From the NCBI GenBank assembly GCA_050949565.1, contig JBMNFY010000008.1:288001-352000 (forward strand): a stretch of 64,000 bases of DNA. Reading direction: 5' to 3'. Source of the stretch: Kiritimatiellia bacterium (lineage in GTDB: Bacteria; Verrucomicrobiota; Kiritimatiellia; RFP12; UBA1067). Made by a program: the position numbers and the translations under genes. The notes under the pieces were generated by a model that was not told the DNA's origin, made no database searches, and saw only the letters and a list, made by a program, of their open reading frames with translations. Numbering within the stretch: the first letter of the stretch is position 1; every line of letters begins with the position of its first letter. Shown in pieces: positions 48,415 to 57,517 of the stretch.

Positions 48415-49767
48415 TTATTTCCCGAAAGCGCGATCGGCGAAGTCGAGCATCCACTGCCAGTCGTACCCGGCAATGCCGTGGTCTTCGCTGCGGCGCACAT
48501 AGCCAAAAGAGTCGCCGATTGCGGAAAGGTCGTAATTGTCCGGATACGGGACATCGGGCATCGTGCCTTTGCCGAGGAACTTCCAGACTGGCGCGGCGGC
48601 CTTGCACGCGAGGTACTCGCCCTCTGTGTCCATCCACCTCGACGTGTCGAACCCCTCGATTAAAAGCGCCCGCGGTGCCACACAGGCCAGCAGCATGTGC
48701 TGGTCGAAGGTCAACAGCTTCGCGGGATCGGGCGCGTACTTGTCATAGGCGCGGCAATACCAGTGGGTAAAGGCATGGATTTCAGTGTTGACGTTCTCGC
48801 CGTAGTTGCGCTTGGCAAGAGGTGCGCCGCCGCCACCGGTCTGGTTGGGCACGCAAACAGCAAAGCGCTCGTCACGAGCGGCCGCAAGCAACGCAGCCTT
48901 ACCGAGCCGCGAGCAACCGGTGACGACACTCCGCTTCGCGTCGATTTCCGGGACGCGCTCGGCGAGATCGAGCCCGCGCGAAAGCGCCCAAGCCCACGCC
49001 CCGAGCGCGGTGATATTGTCCGTACGGCTCTCGTCGCGCTTGCCCCAAAGATCGAAGACGCCGGTATAGGCAAACGTCTTCTGCTCGTAGGGGGGCTTTT
49101 GGTTGTAGCCCGGATCAGGCGAAACTTCGCAGTAGCACGCGCTCATCGCCGCGTAGCCGCGCGCGAGGATCATCGCAAGCGGGAAGATGCTGTCGGAGTT
49201 CGCGTCCTGCATCATGCCGCGCGTGCGTTCTGAAGAGCGGTTTCCGTCGGTGTGTTTTCCAGCGCGGGTCCAGCCCGTCTGCACCGGAATGTCGTTGTCG
49301 CAGACAAGCTCGTGGTTGCCGCGATAGTTGAGAAAACTGACGACCGGCACCGGCTTCTTGGCCCAGCGCGGGATCCAGAGGATCCAGTTGATGCAAGGCC
49401 CCGTGCGGTCCGCCTTGAAATACATCTTGTACTGACGGCGTATCGCAAATCCCGCCGCCGTGACCTTTTCGTTGACGAGATCGGTGATGAGCGCCTCGGG
49501 CTTTGGCGGCTCAACGCCGTACATCTCCTTCGCGAAAATCTCCAGTATCTCCTCGCGGCGCACGCGCCAGTCGGCCTGGCTTTTGACCTTGCGTCCATCG
49601 ACGAACGTCAAAGGGTCCTCAAGCGTGTACGGAGCGATGCGGCTCTCGTCGTAATTGACGAGCACCTTGACGCCGTTGTAATCGTTGGTCACCACCAACT
49701 TCGCTGCATGGACGGTAAACGCCGCAAGCACCGCACAAACCGCCGCAGTCACTCGAATCACCTTCAT
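48415..49767 (-). CDS. CE15 glucuronoyl-esterase-like protein
   Basis: AWAWALSR.LD, GCSRLGK nucleophile motif, FDQHMLLAC.APR; signal peptide. Confidence 0.85.
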   Translation of the reverse strand: MKVIRVTAAVCAVLAAFTVHAAKLVVTNDYNGVKVLVNYDESRIAPYTLEDPLTFVDGRKVKSQADWRVRREEILEIFAKEMYGVEPPKPEALITDLVNEKVTAAGFAIRRQYKMYFKADRTGPCINWILWIPRWAKKPVPVVSFLNYRGNHELVCDNDIPVQTGWTRAGKHTDGNRSSERTRGMMQDANSDSIFPLAMILARGYAAMSACYCEVSPDPGYNQKPPYEQKTFAYTGVFDLWGKRDESRTDNITALGAWAWALSRGLDLAERVPEIDAKRSVVTGCSRLGKAALLAAARDERFAVCVPNQTGGGGAPLAKRNYGENVNTEIHAFTHWYCRAYDKYAPDPAKLLTFDQHMLLACVAPRALLIEGFDTSRWMDTEGEYLACKAAAPVWKFLGKGTMPDVPYPDNYDLSAIGDSFGYVRRSEDHGIAGYDWQWMLDFADRAFGK

Positions 49768-49876
49768 AGCATCTCTCCTTTACTCGTTTGGTGCCAATTG
49801 TATCAAATACCACCCTAAACTCATAGTCCGTGAGGCTATGCACTCATAAGCGCACTAACCGGTTGCCAAAGCGGCC

Positions 49877-49925
49877 TTGACCTTGCACCGAGCGGGTGTT
49901 ACCATTTCGACAAATGGGTAATACC
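49877..49925 (+). promoter_or_regulatory. vapBC promoter with overlapping palindromic operator
   Basis: TTGACC-17-TACCAT with extended -10 TG; GGTGTTACCATTT-cgac-AAATGGGTAATACC imperfect palindrome. Confidence 0.7.
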
Positions 49926-49939
49926 GTTCGGAGGAGACC

Positions 49940-50182
49940 ATGATTACTGTCACACTTAAGATGCCTCAGTCGCTCGTGAGCAAGCTGAATGTCATCGCTG
50001 AGAAGCACCAGACGTCACGCTCGGAACTGATCCGAACAGCCGTGCTCAAGTACATCGATGCAGACCAGTCAAAGGCCGCTGAACCGTCAGCCTACGATTG
50101 TATTAGGGAGTTTTCCGGCACAGTGGAGGGGCCGTGCGATCTGTCGTCTCATGCCCGCCACATGGAGGGATACGGGAGATGA
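49940..50182 (+). CDS. Ribbon-helix-helix (CopG-type) antitoxin
   Basis: ITVTLKMP...L...A.....SRSELIR.AV; GGAGGA RBS; ATGA overlap with the toxin. Confidence 0.85.
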   Translation: MITVTLKMPQSLVSKLNVIAEKHQTSRSELIRTAVLKYIDADQSKAAEPSAYDCIREFSGTVEGPCDLSSHARHMEGYGR

Positions 50183-50595
50183 AGCCGCCGATCATCATCG
50201 ATGCCGGCCCCCTCGTGGCGCTCATCAATGCCCGCGACACCTATCATGCGTGGACAGTGGAACAGCTCAAGCAGGCGTCGGGACCCCTGCTCACCTGCGA
50301 GGCCGCGCTTTCCGAAGCCATCTTTCTTCTGCGTACAACATCCGGGGGTGTCTCGCAAATAGGAGGGATGCTGAGATCCGGCGGACTCAAGTGTAACTTC
50401 TGCCTGAGCGACGAAATCGTGCCCGTGTGTGACCTCCTTCGGAAGTATGCCGATGTCCCCATGTCGCTGGCGGATGCCTGCCTCGTTAGGATGTCTGAGC
50501 TTTTCCCGAAGCACCGGGTTATGTCCCTTGACAGCGATTTCCACGTCTACCGCCGCAACCGGCAGCAGGCGGTTCCGCTTCTGACGCCGCTTTGA
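50179..50595 (+). CDS. vapC: PIN-domain toxin (VapC-like)
   Basis: IIDAGPLVA, D.YH.W, LSEA, MSLADACLV, SLDSDF.VYR. Confidence 0.87.
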   Translation: MKPPIIIDAGPLVALINARDTYHAWTVEQLKQASGPLLTCEAALSEAIFLLRTTSGGVSQIGGMLRSGGLKCNFCLSDEIVPVCDLLRKYADVPMSLADACLVRMSELFPKHRVMSLDSDFHVYRRNRQQAVPLLTPL

Positions 50596-50609
50596 TGCGG
50601 ATGGGGCGG

Positions 50610-50756
50610 AAAGCGGTGCCGCGACCCGCGCACAGCACGGCTCTTGTCACCGCACTGATTTTTGAGCGTGAAAATTGGAGTGCGGCGGCAAGCGGTATCC
50701 CGCGCGACGCCGCTTTTTCGGCGTTCGGCGTTCAGCGTTCGGCGTTCGGCGTTCAG
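50610..50756. repeat. GGAGTGCG-type REP pair plus (TTCRGCG)5 heptamers
   Basis: Both halves recur in swapped order at 57093-57213; heptamers 50717-50756. Confidence 0.85.
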
Positions 50757-51391
50757 TCGTCTTGTCCCTTCGTTGCTCTCAACTCGACCAACCGTAGAAG
50801 CACCAAATCGTCTGCGCGTTTTTCGGCGGCCTTGATTGCCGTGTTTATTGATGCCGCATCGAGTTTTTCCCCATTCCGGTCGTTGAGCAAAAACCAGACA
50901 ACACGTCTGCGCCCCAGTAATATCGCCACATCCAAAGCTGTGTCTCCCGTTTTAGGGTTGCGGGCGTTTATGTCCGCCCCCTCCGTCAGCAAACGCTTGA
51001 TCGCTGAGATACAGTCATCGTCTGAAAACACCACCTCATGACGTATCGGCGGGTATCCCGACTTACCGTGTCTTTGAATATGGCCAGTGGTGACGACAAC
51101 ACGCCAGATTCTCAAATCACTTCCCTTGTTGTCTTCTTGCGAGAGCGTGTACAACAATTCGGCCTTGCGTTCCAGCGTGAAAAGGGAACTGTCGTATCGC
51201 TCCACCTTAGATTTGTCTACGGCATCCGCACTTTCGTCAGCGTCTTTTCCCGGTGTTGTCGCATGATGCCTATGGTTTTCAGATACGGTTGGGACGTCCT
51301 GTTTCTTTTGGCATGACGCGCAACCGCTACCATAGACGATTACCGACAACACCAGGAAAAGAGACTTCTTGGCCGTCAGCGATAATAACAT
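50753..51391 (-). CDS. Putative ankyrin-repeat lipoprotein; probably a separate gene, in frame with the upstream ORF
   Basis: Own ATG, K-rich plus hydrophobic signal ending GSGC; LLTEGADINAR..TGDTALDVA..LL ankyrin motif; AT-richer codons. Confidence 0.7.
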   Translation of the reverse strand: MLLSLTAKKSLFLVLSVIVYGSGCASCQKKQDVPTVSENHRHHATTPGKDADESADAVDKSKVERYDSSLFTLERKAELLYTLSQEDNKGSDLRIWRVVVTTGHIQRHGKSGYPPIRHEVVFSDDDCISAIKRLLTEGADINARNPKTGDTALDVAILLGRRRVVWFLLNDRNGEKLDAASINTAIKAAEKRADDLVLLRLVELRATKGQDD

Positions 51392-54300
51392 TGCATAAAC
51401 CCTGTTCCGCACGGTCAGCGGACTTATGACCACGAGACCAGTACTGCGGAAGCGCGCCGTCACGACGCCGTTCGCGTCACACACGAACTCCGCCGTCCGA
51501 CTGGCGCCGAGGTTCTCCGCCTTCCACGCCATCCCCGTGAAGGAGGAACCCGCGCCGATCTTCGCGACGACGGCGCTGCCGCCCGACGGGACGGGATCAT
51601 CGCTCGCGCGTCCGAAGTCGGCGACCACCTGCGTAGCCGTGAGATCCGCGAACGTGAGGCCGTCCGTCGCTTCCGCATCGACATCGAGCGTCAAGATGCC
51701 GAACGACCCTGCGAGCGTACCCACGCCGGAGAAACGGCTGGCAGCGTCCGTCGTGCCCGCAACACACTTGACCGTACCTTCAGCGATCTCGAAGCCGCCA
51801 CCGTTCGCGACCTTCACCGTGGATGACGTCAACTCCGAGTAGACGGGTAAATCTTTCACCATCGCCACGTTCAGGTCGTTCGTGAAGACGAGCGTGCCCG
51901 CCCCGGTTTTCGTGAAGCGTCCCGTGCCGCGCAACGGAATCGCAAGGGTATGGGTGACACCCGCCGCTGTGATAAGCTCGCCGCCGCCCGCATCGGCGCG
52001 GAAGCAGGTCGTCGCGGGGTTCACCACCGTCGAGATGCCGTCGTTCAGCGTGAACTGCGCGTAACCGCCGTCAAACGCGACCGCCGCCGCAGTGCTGCCG
52101 TTCTGCGCGAGGAAGCGATGCACCTTCACGCCACCGCCGCTTGCAAGGACCAGATCGCCCGCAGCGTTACCACCCAGATAGAGATTCTGCGGAGTGCCCA
52201 CCTCGATGCGCCCGCCGTCCTCCACGCGCACGTCAAGGTTGCGATCGAAATACACGCCGCCCGCCTGCGTGCTGGTAACGCGGCGCATCAGGCCGCCCTG
52301 ACCGATGCGGATCACCGGCGCCATGCCGCTGGCATTCGGAGCCCTGAACTGCCAAGTGATATCCAGCGTGCTGTTCGTGATCGCGAGCGTTGTCTGCGGC
52401 GTGTCGGTGTTGCCGCTCTGCTTGCTGTAGCCGATGTCGAGTCCATTCGCCGTAAGATGCGCGTTATCGAGGATCAGTTTCGCGGCGGGACACCCCTGCT
52501 TGATCTGCACATCCACCAGCATGTGGTAGCCGCTGCCGCTGCCCACGACATAGGCGACATCTTTCAGATAAAGTTCCGGTGCGACCGTAGTGTTCCAGCC
52601 GCTGCCGCCGAGGGAGCAGTGATGTTCCTGCTTCACGGTGGAGACGTCCTTGCCTTGCCCCTGGACAAGCACCTTGCCGTCCAGCATCGAGAACTGTCCC
52701 ACGCCATCCCAGCTTGTAACCTCACCGTTCGACGGCGCGAACGTGCCGTTCACATCTTGGTTAACACTGCGCCCCTCCGCGCCACGCACGGAGAGGGTGG
52801 TAGTGCCGCTGGGCACATTGAGCGTGAGTGTACCCGCCCCCGTCTTCACGATACCGCCGCCGGCCGTATTTGCGTAACTGACTTTCAGGTCGTCAAACGT
52901 GAGGTCGCCCACGATGTCCAGCACCGCGCAGTATTCTCCCGCGATGCGTAGCGGACGCGTAAGGGACGTCGCCTCGCCCGTATAGCGGAAGGTGCAGTTG
53001 CTGATCGTGATCGCGGACGCGCTGGCGGAGTGCGCGCCGAGCGCCGCCGCCGAGGTAAACGCCGTCACGCCGCGGTTGAACTTCCAGTCGCCGGACATCG
53101 TGACTTTGTTCGTACCGGCCAGCGTGAGCGTGCCGGAACCGTCCTTCACCAGAGTCGAGGAGTTGCGCACGGGCGCGGATACCGTGAGCGAACTGCCCGC
53201 GACCACGGAGACGCCGTCCGCCACATAGAGCGCATCGTCGCCCGAGAGCGTGACGGGAACCGCCGCCTGCACGGCGAGCGAGCCCACTGCACCCACAGCG
53301 TCCATCGTGATCGCGGCGTCCGAAACCACCGTTGCTACGTCGTTGTGCGTAGGCACGCCTGTGGGCGTCCAGTTGCCGGAGAGGCCCCAAACGCCCGTAC
53401 CGGCATTCCAGGTGTACGCGCCGGAGGTCGCCGACGCCACCGTCACGAACAGGGTCCGGCCGTCCCCGCTCTGCGTGAACGTATAGCTTTTGCCCTTCTC
53501 GGGATTGCCCACCACAATCTGCGCGAGCTGATCCGCAGTGAGTGCCGTATCGAGCGCAAGGACCGTGTGCGCATCGTCGAGCGTGTAGTCCGACGGCAGA
53601 TCGATTATCAGAGATCCTGTGAAGGCAATCGAGTCAGCCGTAATGGACGCCGAGGCGTCCAAAAGCACAAGACGTGCGCCCTCGGCGATCTCAAGCGCAT
53701 TACCAAAGCGCGAAGTGCCGTTCGTGAATGCGAGCGCGCCCTGCGCGACGACGGTCCGTGGATGGGAGGAGTTGCGCATCACTGTGAGCGTGCCGAGACC
53801 GGTCTGCGTGAAGGTTGCGGAAGTGGCGCCACTCGCCGCTGTGAAGTCTTGGTCGAGCGTCACATCGAAGTGCTTTGAGTCGAGCGTGAAGCCACGCGCG
53901 CCGAGTGTCGCCACACAACCGCTCATGAACGGGACCGGCGGCTTAGAGATGCCGGAGACGGAGAGCGTGCCGCCATCCGCCGTAAACGTCATCGTCTGCG
54001 AACCGTCCGCAGGCGAGCCGCCGTACACGGCACGCACGGCGAGCAATGCGTTGGAAGAGAGCGAGACGGCAGTGTTGCCCACCACCGCGCTCTTGTTCGT
54101 GAGGGCCGATCCCGTGCCGCCGCGTAACTGCGCGTTGCCGGCGAGGATCAGTTCCGCGCGCGAGGTACCGCCCATCGTCATTTCGATCGACGACTGATTG
54201 CTGAGCGTGACCACGGCGTCGTCCGTTGCCTCAAAGCGGCCGTAGGCGTCATCCGTGTTGGGTGCCAGGCACATCCAGTTGCCGACAACGGGACTGACGG

Positions 54301-55471
54301 AAAGCGTGGCGCGGTCCTTGAGCGTCACGTAGGCGCGCGCCTGTTTCGCGTCCCCCATGTACAGCACACCACCGCAGACAACCGCGGCGTCGTCCTGCGC
54401 CAAAAGATGCCCCACGGCATTCGAGGACGAACCCATATAGAAGCTAGACGCGCCGTCGAAAAGACCGTGGTCCGTCACCGTCACAATACCGGTGGAACAC
54501 TGCGTGTTACCGAAATAGACGCTATTATGCGAATAGAAGGATGCGTTCTCACGAACGTCGATGCGCCCCTCGTTGCGCAGGTTCACAGCGCTCATATTGC
54601 CCGCACCGAGCCTAACGCCGTTCGTAACCTCCATGCGCGCCGTGCATGTGAGGTCCAGCAGTCCGATCGACTGCCCCAACCCGATGGCGGACCGGTTCCC
54701 AAGGAAAAGTCCGCCCCACGAAACGACCACCGCGTCATTCGTGACATGCACCCAAGTGGGGCCGGCGTTTGCATTCTGATCTTTGAGGTAGATGCCATTG
54801 AGCGAGTGGCGTCCACCCAGAAACGTGGTGTGCGTAACGGCATTACCACGCTGCTGGATTTCGGCGGAGCCGTTGAGCGTCGCCTCTGGATGGATGTTAA
54901 AATATACCTCGCCGCCGTTCGAACCGAGGTAGAGCGGCCTGGCCATGTCGAGCGTTCCGCTCCAGAGGTCGAACTTCTGCTTCGATATGCCCGTCGATTC
55001 CCAGGTAAAAAGGGCGTCGTCAAAACGCCAGACGCGGACTGTGTTTGACACCGTAGAGAGACCTTCGAAATTAAAGATGTGCGTACCCGTGAGGTTCTGA
55101 CAGAACGGCACGCCCCACCACTCGGTGACGGATTTCAAGCCCTTCTTCTCCCAATAGGTGCCGCGCGTGTCGAGTGTGAGCGTGTGCGTACCATTGCCCG
55201 TGCCGAGAAAGATCGTGCCGGAGTTCTCGACGAGACCCTCCGGCGGCGCCTTGATCGTCACGTCGTTCGCTTGGAAGTTGATATAGCCGTATTTCCCGTC
55301 GATGCCGTTTGCCGGCACCTCGCCGCCCGTCCAGTTTGCGGCATCATTGTAAAAGCCCTCCGTCACGGAGGAAAGCCACTGCACGCGGTGCGCCGCATCG
55401 ACCCTCTCTACTTGCGCAAGAACCGCAGAACACACCATGCACACGCATGCGAAAATCATCGTCTTTTTCAT
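50753..55471 (-). CDS. Large secreted beta-helix protein with autotransporter-associated beta-strand repeats; natural end probably 51415, extended by a +1 frameshift
   Basis: Signal peptide; LVKDGSGTLTL, VKTGAGTLTL, FTKTGAGTLVF repeats; two NW..G.VP-like motifs; no C-terminal barrel. Confidence 0.8.
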   Translation of the reverse strand: MKKTMIFACVCMVCSAVLAQVERVDAAHRVQWLSSVTEGFYNDAANWTGGEVPANGIDGKYGYINFQANDVTIKAPPEGLVENSGTIFLGTGNGTHTLTLDTRGTYWEKKGLKSVTEWWGVPFCQNLTGTHIFNFEGLSTVSNTVRVWRFDDALFTWESTGISKQKFDLWSGTLDMARPLYLGSNGGEVYFNIHPEATLNGSAEIQQRGNAVTHTTFLGGRHSLNGIYLKDQNANAGPTWVHVTNDAVVVSWGGLFLGNRSAIGLGQSIGLLDLTCTARMEVTNGVRLGAGNMSAVNLRNEGRIDVRENASFYSHNSVYFGNTQCSTGIVTVTDHGLFDGASSFYMGSSSNAVGHLLAQDDAAVVCGGVLYMGDAKQARAYVTLKDRATLSVSPVVGNWMCLAPNTDDAYGRFEATDDAVVTLSNQSSIEMTMGGTSRAELILAGNAQLRGGTGSALTNKSAVVGNTAVSLSSNALLAVRAVYGGSPADGSQTMTFTADGGTLSVSGISKPPVPFMSGCVATLGARGFTLDSKHFDVTLDQDFTAASGATSATFTQTGLGTLTVMRNSSHPRTVVAQGALAFTNGTSRFGNALEIAEGARLVLLDASASITADSIAFTGSLIIDLPSDYTLDDAHTVLALDTALTADQLAQIVVGNPEKGKSYTFTQSGDGRTLFVTVASATSGAYTWNAGTGVWGLSGNWTPTGVPTHNDVATVVSDAAITMDAVGAVGSLAVQAAVPVTLSGDDALYVADGVSVVAGSSLTVSAPVRNSSTLVKDGSGTLTLAGTNKVTMSGDWKFNRGVTAFTSAAALGAHSASASAITISNCTFRYTGEATSLTRPLRIAGEYCAVLDIVGDLTFDDLKVSYANTAGGGIVKTGAGTLTLNVPSGTTTLSVRGAEGRSVNQDVNGTFAPSNGEVTSWDGVGQFSMLDGKVLVQGQGKDVSTVKQEHHCSLGGSGWNTTVAPELYLKDVAYVVGSGSGYHMLVDVQIKQGCPAAKLILDNAHLTANGLDIGYSKQSGNTDTPQTTLAITNSTLDITWQFRAPNASGMAPVIRIGQGGLMRRVTSTQAGGVYFDRNLDVRVEDGGRIEVGTPQNLYLGGNAAGDLVLASGGGVKVHRFLAQNGSTAAAVAFDGGYAQFTLNDGISTVVNPATTCFRADAGGGELITAAGVTHTLAIPLRGTGRFTKTGAGTLVFTNDLNVAMVKDLPVYSELTSSTVKVANGGGFEIAEGTVKCVAGTTDAASRFSGVGTLAGSFGILTLDVDAEATDGLTFADLTATQVVADFGRASDDPVPSGGSAVVAKIGAGSSFTGMAWKAENLGASRTAEFVCDANGVVTARFRSTGLVVISPLTVRNRVYAMLLSLTAKKSLFLVLSVIVYGSGCASCQKKQDVPTVSENHRHHATTPGKDADESADAVDKSKVERYDSSLFTLERKAELLYTLSQEDNKGSDLRIWRVVVTTGHIQRHGKSGYPPIRHEVVFSDDDCISAIKRLLTEGADINARNPKTGDTALDVAILLGRRRVVWFLLNDRNGEKLDAASINTAIKAAEKRADDLVLLRLVELRATKGQDD

Positions 55472-55539
55472 ATTCGACCCCTTTCTTGTCCCGTCCCCAG
55501 TTCAGATACCTGCATATTGTACGCATCTCTGTACCTACC

Positions 55540-56981
55540 AAGGAGTTTCCCCAAAAAATCTGGTCATTCCAGAAAGACCAGTCCGAGCGGGTTTGATTCG
55601 GGGTCTGGCGGCTTGTAGCCGTACCATTTCCCGTGGCGCGTGAAGAGCCTCCCGAGGCCGTCGGCGACGGCGTAGTGGAGGAACTCGGCCACGCCGTAGA
55701 TGCGCTTGGCGGCGTGGGTGATGTTGGTCGTCAGGATCTCGCAGCGCAGCCGTCCGGCCAGCCAGACGCAGTTGAAGTAGATGACGGCCAGCAGCAGAGC
55801 GACCATGTTTTTCAGGCGCCGGTACGTCAGGACCCGGACGTCCTCGAGGTTGTAGCTCTGCTTGACGAAGCGGATCGCGTCCTCGACGCGCCACCGCGTC
55901 AGATAGCCCTCGACGACCTGCCACAGGGACTTGCGCGACGTCGTCCCGGCCAGCGTGGTCAGCAGGAGCATCGGCCGCTCGCCGAACCCCTTCACCACGA
56001 CCATGCGCAGGGGCTTGTCGGGCCTCTGCGGCAGGGCGACGGTCATGGCGCCGAACTCCAGCTTATAGCTTTTCACCCCGTCCCCCGTCTCCCTCGTGAC
56101 GATCTCGATGTGCTTCATGGGGCAGGATGCCGCCAGTTCTTCGGCCAGCGCGGTCCGCCGGCCGTGGAGCAGGTTGCGGTTGCCCACGAGGCGCACGATG
56201 TAGTCCAGTTTGCGCCGGTCCAGGCCGTCGAACAGCCAGTCTCCGTCGCCTCCGCGGTCGATGACGTAGATGCCGCGCTTCTTCGCGCGGGAGCTGATCT
56301 GGTCGATGACGCCGAGCACCTCGTCGTTCTGGCTGATGAAGCCCTCCGCCTCGCTCGACCACAGCCGCATGTGCAACGGCGTGATCCGGCGGCCGCCGCT
56401 CTCGCAGGCGACCGCCAGGCAGGCGCTGTATCCGTTGCCGATCTCCCCCGTGCTCCCGTCCCGGACGCGGGCGAGATATTCCATCTTCTTCGCGTACAGC
56501 TTACGGATGTCGGTCGGGTCGATGACGATCAGCGTGTCCTGATGGACGTGACGCGAGCCCAGACGGGCGACAGCGTCGGAAATCCCCTGCTCGATGCCCT
56601 CGCTCCCGAGCATCCGGCTCAGCCTGTCCTCCAGTTTCTTCATCGATATCGGCTCGTCGAGCGCGCGGGCGATCCGGCTGAGCTTCACGTCCTGCGACGC
56701 CTGTATCCCGTAGACCATGTCGCCCACGAACTTGCCGAGCGGCTTGGAAAACCGGGGGGAAAGTTCCCCCAAAAAATTCTTGAGTTGCTCTCGCGCTTTG
56801 AACGCCGTTGCGCTATGATTCATGTCGGTTTTCCTTTCCGGTTTTTGGTTGAACCGCCATTTTGGCAGAACCGGCGGAGGAAAACCACTTTTTCACTTTC
56901 AGGCACGCCCGTCAGAGACGCATCCCCTTTGTTTTCAAGGACTTAGATATAATTGCCCCCGATTTTTTGGGGAAAGTCCTT
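55540..56981 (-). mobile_element. Complete IS4-family-like insertion sequence, 1442 bp
   Basis: 21-bp TIRs AAGGA(G/C)TTTCCCCAAAAAATC (20/21 match); 10-bp TSD TGTACCTACC at 55530-55539 and 56982-56991. Confidence 0.92.
55564..56823 (-). CDS. DDE transposase (IS4-like)
   Basis: IDPTD, IDRGGD, and the Y-2-R-3-E-6-K signature YLTRWRVEDAIRFVK. Confidence 0.9.
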   Translation of the reverse strand: MNHSATAFKAREQLKNFLGELSPRFSKPLGKFVGDMVYGIQASQDVKLSRIARALDEPISMKKLEDRLSRMLGSEGIEQGISDAVARLGSRHVHQDTLIVIDPTDIRKLYAKKMEYLARVRDGSTGEIGNGYSACLAVACESGGRRITPLHMRLWSSEAEGFISQNDEVLGVIDQISSRAKKRGIYVIDRGGDGDWLFDGLDRRKLDYIVRLVGNRNLLHGRRTALAEELAASCPMKHIEIVTRETGDGVKSYKLEFGAMTVALPQRPDKPLRMVVVKGFGERPMLLLTTLAGTTSRKSLWQVVEGYLTRWRVEDAIRFVKQSYNLEDVRVLTYRRLKNMVALLLAVIYFNCVWLAGRLRCEILTTNITHAAKRIYGVAEFLHYAVADGLGRLFTRHGKWYGYKPPDPESNPLGLVFLE

Positions 56982-57011
56982 TGTACCTACCGTCAACGCC
57001 GCTTTTTCAGC

Positions 57012-57348
57012 GTAATCGGTTAGTGACAGGGGCATGCGAGTTGAGTGCGTGGTTTGTGCCCATTTTGGTACTCACGAGTCAGGCGAAAATACCAGTGCGG
57101 CGGCAAGCGGTATTCCGCGCGACGCCGCTTTTTAAGCACAAGTGCGGTGGCAGGGTGGCGCGCAAAAGCGGTGCAGCGACCCGCGCGCAGCGCGGCTCTT
57201 GTCATCGCACTCCAAATTTTCCGCCGCGCCACGCGCGGCACAACCTTTATGCGCCCGCGCAGCGGGAAATCACGTCAATCTTGTCAATCATGTCTAAAAA
57301 CGCACCCCCTTTTCGTCAGGAACGCATGGTCTTCGCACTCCCCCGTCA
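57012..57348. repeat. Expanded copy of the 11200 element with a nested REP pair and 9-mer track
   Basis: Ends match 11200-11306 inverted; interior 57093-57213 matches 50610-50716; gtcaatctt gtcaatcat gtc at about 57274. Confidence 0.75.
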
Positions 57349-57517
57349 CCAACCAAACACTGAAGGGGTGACTCCGTCCCTGTTAATCTTGTATAATGCG
57401 GGCAACAACAGAAAACGAAGGAAGCTGCCGCGATGAATGTCGGCTGATGCGCACTGACGACTCACCAGCGATCGGCGCGGCGATGGCAGGTGTTTGAGGG
57501 TGTGACTGCTAAGAGGT

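Noticed and set aside
55633-56946. 437-aa ORF antisense to the transposase
   Set aside because: Shadow of a very GC3-rich gene with no recognisable domain.
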